From assembly GCA_965644295.1 (NCBI GenBank), contig CBFFRP010000632.1, positions 1-28,739 on the forward strand: a stretch of 28,739 nt of DNA, read 5' to 3'. This document shows positions 20,905 through 28,739 of the stretch, piece after piece. Under the pieces are notes generated by a model. It was not told the origin of the DNA, ran no database searches, and was given only the letters and a program-made list of their open reading frames with translations. Origin of the DNA: Paraphysomonas bandaiensis. Lineage: Eukaryota; Protista; Chrysophyceae. Both the position numbers and the translations under genes were made by a program. Positions within the stretch are counted from its first letter, which is position 1. Each line of letters begins with the position of its first letter.

Positions 20905-23900
20905 ATGCGCATGGTCTACAGTACACGCATCTTTGCCTTCATGGCTACCATAGTCTACTTTGGTAGTCATGGATTACCATCAGTCCTTGCTGATAACGAT
21001 ATGGCCGATTTCATTTTAATAACTGATTTCCCATCGGAGTACCCAACTGCATACCCAACTGCGAGTGCATCCGCTTCGAGTGTCGGTCCTTCGGTTTACG
21101 CGACAGATTCTCCAACTCAGTATCCTACGACAAGCCCTACTTTGTATCCAACTCAATTTCCAACAGATTTCCCATCAGAGTATCCTACTGCATACCCAAC
21201 CCCATTCCCAACTGCGAGTCCATCCACTTATCCTACCGTTTATCCGACTGTTTTCCCAACTTCTTATCCGACAGACCTTTCGACCGATGTTTTTTCAGTT
21301 GATTATTCTGATGGTGATATATCAGCTCTATTTTCTGATAGTTTGATCTCCTCGGTACCACTAACCACTGATTATCCTACCCAATTTCCAACTGATTTCC
21401 CATCGGAGTATCCTACTGCATACCCGACTACACTCCCAAGTACGAGTCCTTCCGCTTCTCCGAGTGTCAAACCTACGGTTTACCCGACAGATTCTCCCAC
21501 TCAACATCCAACGGTGAGCCCTACTTTGTATCTGGCTCAATTTCCAACAGATTTCCCATCGGAGTACCCAACTGCGTACCCGACTACACTCCCAACTGCT
21601 GTGTATCCAACTCAATTTCCAACAGATTTCCCATCGGAGTACCCAACTGCATACCCGACTACCCTCCCAACTACTGGCCCTAGCTCTTCTCCAACCAATT
21701 ACCCGACGCGTTACCCAACAGATTCTCCCTCTTTGCACTCTACGACATGCCCTACCATTTATCCGACTCAATTCCCAACTGATTTCCCATCAGAGTATCC
21801 TACTTTGTATCCAACTCAATTTCCTACAGATTTCCCATCGGAGTACCCAACTGCATACCCGACTACATTCCCAACTACTTGCCCTAGCTCTTCTCCAACC
21901 AATTACCCGACACGTTGCCCTACAGATTCTCCCACTCAACACCCTATGACATGCCCTACCGTGTATCCGACTAGTTTTCTAACTGATTTCCCATCAGAGT
22001 ATCCTACTGCATACCCTACTACATTCCCAAGTACGAGTCCTTCCGCTTCTCCGAGTGTCAAACCTACGGTTTACCCGACAGATTCTCCCACCCAGTATCC
22101 TACGACAAGTCCTACTTTGTATCCGACTAGTTTTCCAACAGATTTCCCATCGGAGTACCCAACTGCATACCCAACCCCATTCCCAACTGCGAGTCCATCC
22201 ACTTATCCTACCGTTTATCCGACTGTTTTCCCAACTTCTTATCCGACAGACCTTTCGACCGATGTTTTTTCAGTTGATTATTCTGATGGTGATATATCAG
22301 CTCTATTTTCTGATAGTTTGATCTCCTCGGTACCACTAACCACTGATTATCCTACCCAATTTCCAACTGATTTTCCATCGGAGTATCCTACTGCATACTC
22401 GACTACACTCCCAAGTACGAGTCCTTCCGCTTCTCCGAGTGTCAAACCTACGGTTTACCCGACAGATTCTCCCACTCAACATCCAACGGTGAGCCCTACT
22501 TTGTATCCGACTAGTTTTCCAACTGATTTCCCATCGGAGTACCCAACTGCATACCCGACTACACTCCCAAGTACGAGTCCTTCCGCTTCTCCGAGTGTCA
22601 AACCTACGGTTTACCCGACAGATTCTCCCACTCAACATCCAACGGTGAGCCCTACTTTGTATCCGACTAGTTTTCCAACAGATTTCCCATCGGAGTACCC
22701 AACTGCATACCCGACTACACTCCCAAGTACGAGTCCTTCCGCTTCTCCGAGTGTCAAACCTACGGTTTACCCGACAGATTCTCCCACTCAACATCCAACG
22801 GTGAGCCCTACTTTGTATCCGACTAGTTTTCCAACAGATTTCCCATCGGAGTACCCAACTGCATACCCGACTACACTCCCAAGTACGAGTCCTTCCGCTT
22901 CTCCGAGTGTCAAACCTACGGTTTACCCGACAGATTCTCCCACTCAACATCCAACGGTGAGCCCTACTTTGTATCCGACTAGTTTTCCAACAGATTTCCC
23001 ATCGGAGTACCCAACTGCATACCCGACTACACTCCCAAGTACGAGTCCTTCCGCTTCTCCGAGTGTCAAACCTACGGTTTACCCGACAGATTCTCCCACT
23101 CAACATCCAACGGTGAGCCCTACTTTGTATCCGACTAGTTTTCCAACTGATTTCCCATCGGAGTACCCAACTGCATACCCGACTACATTCCCAACTACTG
23201 GCCCTAGCGCTTATCCAACCAATTACCCGACGTGTTACCCAACAGATTCTCCCTCTTTGCACCCTACGACATGCCCTACCCTTTATCCGACTCAATTCCC
23301 AACTGATTTCCCATCAGAGTATCCTACTGCATACCCAACTACATTCCCAACTACGAATCCTTCCGCTTATCCTACCGTTTATCCCACTATTTTCCCAACT
23401 TCTTATCCGACAGACCTTTCGACCGATGTTTTTTCAGTTGATTATTCTGATGGTGATATATCAGCTCTATTTTCTGATAGTTTGATCTCCTCGGTACCAC
23501 TAACCACTGATTATCCTACCCAATTTCCAACTGATTTTCCATCGGAGTATCCTATTGCATACCCGACTACACTCCCAAGTACGAGTCCTTCCGCTTCTCC
23601 GAGTGTCAAACCTACGGTTTACCCGACAGATTCTCCCACTCAACATCCAATGGTGAGCCCTACTTTGTATCCGACTAGTTTTCCAACTGATTTCCCATCG
23701 GAGTACCCAACTGCATACCCGACTACACTCCCAAGTACGAGTCCTTCCGCTTCTCCGAGTGTCAAACCTACGGTTTACCCGACAGATTCTCCCACTCAAC
23801 ATCCAACGGTGAGCCCTACTTTGTATCCGACTAGTTTTCCAACAGATTTCCCATCGGAGTACCCAACTGCATACCCGACTACACTCCCAAGTACGAGTCC

Positions 23901-26900
23901 TTCCGCTTCTCCGAGTGTCAAACCTACGGTTTACCCGACAGATTCTCCCACTCAACATCCAACGGTGAGCCCTACTTTGTATCCGACTAGTTTTCCAACA
24001 GATTTCCCATCGGAGTACCCAACTGCATACCCGACTACACTCCCAAGTACGAGTCCTTCCGCTTCTCCGAGTGTCAAACCTACGGTTTACCCGACAGATT
24101 CTCCCACTCAACATCCAACGGTGAGCCCTACTTTGTATCCGACTAGTTTTCCAACAGATTTCCCATCGGAGTACCCAACTGCATACCCAACTGTATATCC
24201 AACTTTTTCTCCTTCTGAATCACCAACATTAAATCCTACTGTATTCCCGACAGCAAGTCCTACCGCTTATCCGAGTGTCGAACCCACGGTTTACCCGACA
24301 GATTTTCCCACTCAATATCCAACGACAAGTCCTACTTTGTATCCTACTCAATTCCCAACTCATTTTCCATCAGAGTATCCTACTGCATACCCAACTGTAT
24401 ATCCAACTTTTACTCCTTCTGTATCACCAACATTAAATCCTTCTGTATTCCCGACAGCAAGTCCTACTGCTTATCCCACCAATGACCCGACGTTGTTACC
24501 AACAGCAAGTCCTACCGCTTATCCGAGTGTCGAACCCACGGTTTACCCGACAGATTTTCCCACTCAATATCCAACGACAAGTCCTACTTTGTATCCTACT
24601 CAATTCCCAACTCATTTTCCATCAGAGTATCCTACTGCATACCCTACTACATTTCCTACTGCTTATCCCACTGTTCAGCCGACGTTTTCTCCAACTGATA
24701 TACCCACTGCTCAACCATCGAGCGTGCCTAGTTGCCAGCCATCATGTGTACCGAGTGGTCAACCGTCTTGTGTACCGAGTGGCCAGCCTTCCAGTGTTCC
24801 ATCGTTTGTTCCTACGGGCCAGCCATCATGTGTACCGAGTGGTCAGCCATCTTGTGTGCCAAGTGGTCAGCCTTCCAGTGTTCCATCATTTGTTCCAACT
24901 GGGCAGCCGTCTTCTGTACCGAGTGGTCAGCCATCTTGTGTACCGAGTGGTCAGCCTTCCAGTGTTCCGTCATCTGTTCCTACGGGCCAGCCGTCTTCTG
25001 TACCGAGTGGTCAGCCATCTTGTGTACCGAGTGGCCAGCCTTCCAGTGTTCCATCATTTGTTCCAACTGGCCAGCCGTCTTGTACACCGAGTGGTCAGCC
25101 ATCTTGTGTACCGAGCGGTCAGCCTTCCAGTGTTCCATCATCTGTTCCAATTGGACAGCCGTCTTGTACACCGAGTGGTCAGCCTTCCAGGGTTCCATCA
25201 TGTGTTCCAACTGGGCAGCCGTCTTGTATACCGAGTGGTCAGCCATCTTGTGTACCGAGTGGTCAGCCTTCCAGTGTTCCATCATCTGTTCCAACTGGGC
25301 AACCGTCTTCTGTTCCGAGTGGTCAGCCTTCCAGGGTTCCATCATCTTTTCCTACGGGCCAGCCATCTTGTATACCGAGTGGTCAGCCATCTTGTGTACC
25401 GAGTGGCCAGCCTTCCAGTGTTCCATCATTTGTTCCTACGGGCCAGCCGTCTTGTACACCGAGTGGTCAGCCATCTTGTGTACCGAGCGGTCAGCCTTCC
25501 AGTGTTCCATCATCTGTTCCAACTGGACAGCCGTCTTGTATACCGAGTGGTCAGCCTTCCAGGGTTCCATCATCTGTTCCTACGGGCCAACCGTCTTGTA
25601 TACCGAGTGGTCAGCCGTCTTGTGTACCGAGTGGCCAGCCTTCCAGTGTTCCATCATTTGTTCCAACTGGGCAGCCGTCTTCTGTTCCGAGTGGTCAGCC
25701 TTCCAGTGTTCCGTCATCTGTTCCTACGGGCCAGCCATCTTGTATACCGAGTGGTCAGCCATCTTGTGTACCGAGTGGCCAGCCTTCCAGTGTTCCATCA
25801 TTTGTTCCTACGGTCCAGCCGTCTTGTACACCGAGTGGTCAGCCATCTTGTGTACCGAGCGGTCAGCCTTCCAGTGTTCCATCATCTGTTCCAACTGGAC
25901 AGCCGTCTTGTATACCGAGTGGTCAGCCTTCCAGGGTTCCATCATCTGTTCCTACGGGCCAACCGTCTTGTATACCGAGTGGTCAGCCGTCTTGTGTACC
26001 GAGTGGCCAGCCTTCCAGTGTTCCATCATCTGTTCCAACTGGGCAGCCGTCTTCTGTTCCGAGTGGTCAGCCTTCCAGTGTTCCGTCATCTGTTCCTACG
26101 GGCCAGCCATCTTGTATACCGAGTGGTCAGCCTACAGGCCAGCCGAGTGCTGTACCGACAGCTGTTCCTACTGATAATCCCCAGCCAACGAAGCGTCCGG
26201 TTTTCAAGTTTCCTGATCCAACTCATAGTCCAACAAGGCTACCGACTTTGCAACCAACTACGGGAACCCCCACTACAAAACCAACACTACCTCTCGGCCA
26301 AACCCATAACCCCACGGTGTCACCAACAATGAAGCCTGTCGTGGTTTTCAATCCTACGGCGAGACCAGTGTTTACTCTTCCCGATCCGACTGTAGCCCCA
26401 ACGAGAGAGCCCACACATGAACCGAGTATATCTCCAACATGCGGTCCAACTCTTTCCCCATCCCTTCCCCCCGGCCAAACCCATAACCCCACGGTATCAC
26501 CAACAATGAAGCCTGTCGTGGTTTTCAATCCTACGGCGAGACCAGTGTTTACTCTTCCCGATCCGACTGTAGCCCCAACGAGAGAGCCCACACATGAACC
26601 GAGTATATCTCCAACATGCAGTCCAACTCTTTCCCCATCCCTTCCCCCCGGCCAAACCCATAACCCCACGGTATCACCAACAATGAAGCCTGTCGTGGTT
26701 TTCAATCCTACGGCGAGACCAGTGTTTACTCTTCCCGATCCGACTGTAGCCCCAACGAGAGAGCCCACACATGAACCGAGTATATCTCCAACATGCGGTC
26801 CAACTCTTTCCCCATCCCTTCCCCCCGGCCAAACCCATAACCCCACGGTGTCACCAACAATGAAACCTGTCGTGGTTTTCAATCCTACGGCGAGACCAGT

Positions 26901-27423
26901 GTTTACTCTTCCCGATCCGACTGTAGCCCCAACGAGAGAGCCCACACATGAACCGAGTATATCTCCAACTTGTGGTCCAACTCTTTCCCCATCCCTTCCC
27001 CCCGGCCAAACCCATAACCCCACGGTATCACCAACAATGAAGCCTGTCGTGGTTTTCAATCCTACGGCGAGACCAGTGTTTACTCTTCCCAATCCGACTG
27101 TAGCCCCAACGAGAGAACCTACTATTTCACCCACAGAAGCACCTACTCGACCTCCGACCGCTATTCCGACACTTGCTTTCGGAAGCACTGTTGATCCTAC
27201 TACATCTCCTACAGAAGCACCTATTATTGTAAAGGCCCCGACGCGTAAGCCAGTGTTTTCATTCAACAATCCAACTGTGGCACCTTCTCCCCAGCCGGTG
27301 TTCGCATTCACTTCATCTCCAACACCTCCTCCGGTCGCCACTCAGAAACCCACAACTGCGCCGACAAGAGCACCAGTGCTAAATATTCCAACAAAGCGAC
27401 CTGTCCTCCCATTTTTTCTTTAG
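20905..27423 (+). CDS. Secreted mucin/extensin-like Pro-Thr/Ser repeat protein, 2172 aa
   Basis: Uninterrupted ORF with a hydrophobic N-terminus resembling a signal peptide; P-[TS]-x-x periodicity throughout; three distinct repeat blocks. Confidence 0.85.
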   Translation: MRMVYSTRIFAFMATIVYFGSHGLPSVLADNDMADFILITDFPSEYPTAYPTASASASSVGPSVYATDSPTQYPTTSPTLYPTQFPTDFPSEYPTAYPTPFPTASPSTYPTVYPTVFPTSYPTDLSTDVFSVDYSDGDISALFSDSLISSVPLTTDYPTQFPTDFPSEYPTAYPTTLPSTSPSASPSVKPTVYPTDSPTQHPTVSPTLYLAQFPTDFPSEYPTAYPTTLPTAVYPTQFPTDFPSEYPTAYPTTLPTTGPSSSPTNYPTRYPTDSPSLHSTTCPTIYPTQFPTDFPSEYPTLYPTQFPTDFPSEYPTAYPTTFPTTCPSSSPTNYPTRCPTDSPTQHPMTCPTVYPTSFLTDFPSEYPTAYPTTFPSTSPSASPSVKPTVYPTDSPTQYPTTSPTLYPTSFPTDFPSEYPTAYPTPFPTASPSTYPTVYPTVFPTSYPTDLSTDVFSVDYSDGDISALFSDSLISSVPLTTDYPTQFPTDFPSEYPTAYSTTLPSTSPSASPSVKPTVYPTDSPTQHPTVSPTLYPTSFPTDFPSEYPTAYPTTLPSTSPSASPSVKPTVYPTDSPTQHPTVSPTLYPTSFPTDFPSEYPTAYPTTLPSTSPSASPSVKPTVYPTDSPTQHPTVSPTLYPTSFPTDFPSEYPTAYPTTLPSTSPSASPSVKPTVYPTDSPTQHPTVSPTLYPTSFPTDFPSEYPTAYPTTLPSTSPSASPSVKPTVYPTDSPTQHPTVSPTLYPTSFPTDFPSEYPTAYPTTFPTTGPSAYPTNYPTCYPTDSPSLHPTTCPTLYPTQFPTDFPSEYPTAYPTTFPTTNPSAYPTVYPTIFPTSYPTDLSTDVFSVDYSDGDISALFSDSLISSVPLTTDYPTQFPTDFPSEYPIAYPTTLPSTSPSASPSVKPTVYPTDSPTQHPMVSPTLYPTSFPTDFPSEYPTAYPTTLPSTSPSASPSVKPTVYPTDSPTQHPTVSPTLYPTSFPTDFPSEYPTAYPTTLPSTSPSASPSVKPTVYPTDSPTQHPTVSPTLYPTSFPTDFPSEYPTAYPTTLPSTSPSASPSVKPTVYPTDSPTQHPTVSPTLYPTSFPTDFPSEYPTAYPTVYPTFSPSESPTLNPTVFPTASPTAYPSVEPTVYPTDFPTQYPTTSPTLYPTQFPTHFPSEYPTAYPTVYPTFTPSVSPTLNPSVFPTASPTAYPTNDPTLLPTASPTAYPSVEPTVYPTDFPTQYPTTSPTLYPTQFPTHFPSEYPTAYPTTFPTAYPTVQPTFSPTDIPTAQPSSVPSCQPSCVPSGQPSCVPSGQPSSVPSFVPTGQPSCVPSGQPSCVPSGQPSSVPSFVPTGQPSSVPSGQPSCVPSGQPSSVPSSVPTGQPSSVPSGQPSCVPSGQPSSVPSFVPTGQPSCTPSGQPSCVPSGQPSSVPSSVPIGQPSCTPSGQPSRVPSCVPTGQPSCIPSGQPSCVPSGQPSSVPSSVPTGQPSSVPSGQPSRVPSSFPTGQPSCIPSGQPSCVPSGQPSSVPSFVPTGQPSCTPSGQPSCVPSGQPSSVPSSVPTGQPSCIPSGQPSRVPSSVPTGQPSCIPSGQPSCVPSGQPSSVPSFVPTGQPSSVPSGQPSSVPSSVPTGQPSCIPSGQPSCVPSGQPSSVPSFVPTVQPSCTPSGQPSCVPSGQPSSVPSSVPTGQPSCIPSGQPSRVPSSVPTGQPSCIPSGQPSCVPSGQPSSVPSSVPTGQPSSVPSGQPSSVPSSVPTGQPSCIPSGQPTGQPSAVPTAVPTDNPQPTKRPVFKFPDPTHSPTRLPTLQPTTGTPTTKPTLPLGQTHNPTVSPTMKPVVVFNPTARPVFTLPDPTVAPTREPTHEPSISPTCGPTLSPSLPPGQTHNPTVSPTMKPVVVFNPTARPVFTLPDPTVAPTREPTHEPSISPTCSPTLSPSLPPGQTHNPTVSPTMKPVVVFNPTARPVFTLPDPTVAPTREPTHEPSISPTCGPTLSPSLPPGQTHNPTVSPTMKPVVVFNPTARPVFTLPDPTVAPTREPTHEPSISPTCGPTLSPSLPPGQTHNPTVSPTMKPVVVFNPTARPVFTLPNPTVAPTREPTISPTEAPTRPPTAIPTLAFGSTVDPTTSPTEAPIIVKAPTRKPVFSFNNPTVAPSPQPVFAFTSSPTPPPVATQKPTTAPTRAPVLNIPTKRPVLPFFL
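22350..24190 (+). repeat. Coding tandem repeat, 156-bp (52-aa) unit, two interrupted runs
   Basis: ttgtatccgactagttttcc recurs at 22501, 22657, 22813, 22969... Confidence 0.9.
24715..26150 (+). repeat. Coding 12-bp minisatellite mosaic (PSGQ/PTGQ/PSCV/PSSV)
   Basis: Shuffled 12-bp units visible in both DNA and protein. Confidence 0.9.
26296..27115 (+). repeat. Coding tandem repeat, 177-bp (59-aa) unit, ~4.6 copies
   Basis: ggccaaacccataac at 26296, 26473, 26650, 26827 and 27004. Confidence 0.92.
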
Positions 27424-27904
27424 GTCTTGATTAGTGTAGTGTTTTAGGAAACTGAAACACGAGCTGTAGAATTCCCTATTGATTGCATGAATTTCATATT
27501 ATTATTATTATAACATTTTAAATTCTGATCTCTGAGTCGTTTATACAACAACCTTCTTAGTTGTATTCCTAGCCTACTATTGTTACGAATTAGTGAAGTG
27601 TTACTTCTCGAAGTCGAAGCATCAACTGTTCTAAATGGCGAGGTGTCATTCTCACAGGCAACTCAGAACTATTTGAGCTCTTCTCCACTACACAATCTTT
27701 CAACCCGACTGGTTGTGGCGAGCATGTGTTTGAAATGGGTCATCCCGTCGACTTGGTAAGTTAAATGTCACTTCCACTAGATCTTCCCTTCAAGCACACG
27801 ACATGCAATATGTATGGTTTCGAGTTTCAATACTTGGCTTCTTCGCTATTATAGTAATTATTCTTCTTGAACGTGAAGATCATATTGCCTGACATGGACA
27901 CAAG

Positions 27905-28739
27905 TCAAAAATAAATTGTTGTGTGTATGCTGGTTGCTGGTCTACTCACCCGTAATAGTTTGTAATAAAAAAACGGGGAGGAGGAGGACGAGGAATTTTC
28001 TTCTCTCAGTGATGATTCGATTTCAGCGTAGTAGTTTTCCTTGACGTCGGGGATGCACTCATTGAAAAAGACGTGACTTGAGATTACGAAGTCCTTAGTG
28101 AAGGTACATACTGTAACGTACCCTGGTCCATCTTCTCGGTATCCCATGAAGTACCCAATATGGCTATGTGGAACCAATCGTTTCTTCTCTGAGACTTGTC
28201 TATGAATGTATGGCATTTGCAGCCCCAAATCCTGGCGTAAGATAAATCGGGGGCCTCGTCGTGGATGAACTGATACGGTGATATGAATCCCTTTGCAGTG
28301 GCGCATGGCAGGCGATTTTTCATATGCGGCAGGTGGACATAGCCTGTTCCCAGAAGTTGGGTGGTAGGCCCGAGTTGCAAATGGATGCAAGCGTTCTTTC
28401 CTTGGTCGTGCGCCATGGTCGTTCTTGTATGGGGTTGTCTTCTGGCGTGTATGGAGCGTTGAAGGTCCAGGTTGATCCTAATTTTCTCAGCAAGTTCAGT
28501 ACACGATGTGATACTGGCCTCTTGTCACCATCAGCATGATAGTGTAGTAGCCGTTTGCCTTTTTTCGAATGCAGATAATCCCCAATTTTTCACGAGATGC
28601 ACTCAATAACAAAATCCCTCGTTCTGTGTTTTCCATAGAATGTCCAACTGTATCTTGAAGCTGCATCCGTTGCTCAAAGACTGGTGTTTCCTGTGACTAT
28701 TGCTGGAGGTGAAAATGGTCCAGTAAAATCAGCTGCTAT
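27905..28739 (-). mobile_element. Degenerate Ty1/copia integrase (rve) and downstream SH3-like region, running off the window edge
   Basis: AADFTGPF, HADG, APYTPEDNPIQERPWRT, PDLSYARIWGCKC and GYFMGY, with frameshifts and stops. Confidence 0.9.

Noticed and set aside
21065-27341. Long overlapping ORFs (616, 480, 372, 319, 204 aa) inside the repeat gene
   Set aside because: Shadow frames of stop-free tandem repeats.

Overview
Eukaryotic nuclear DNA with short GT-AG introns (mostly 44-60 nt). The ciliary BBS8 gene, TTAGGG repeats and PT-repeat protein suggest a flagellated protist, probably a stramenopile (inference). Seven protein genes are reconstructed: a B-type cyclin, BBS8/TTC8 (9 exons), an intronless TM-RING-H2-MYND protein, a 10-exon EF-hand / zeta-toxin-like P-loop kinase / PH-domain protein whose Walker A lies on an 18-nt microexon, a 2OG-Fe(II) oxygenase, a CYTH (thiamine-triphosphatase-like) protein and a 2172-aa secreted Pro/Thr/Ser repeat protein. 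There is also an isolated, apparently intact 5S rRNA gene and Ty1/copia RT and integrase remnants. Best leads: (i) an unclassified mobile-element-like system, consisting of a structured modular repeat in permuted and inverted copies, two diverged decayed zinc-finger ORFs and an interstitial (TTAGGG)n tract capping one ORF's 5' end; (ii) the EF-hand/zeta-kinase/PH architecture. All calls were made by eye; no searches were run.
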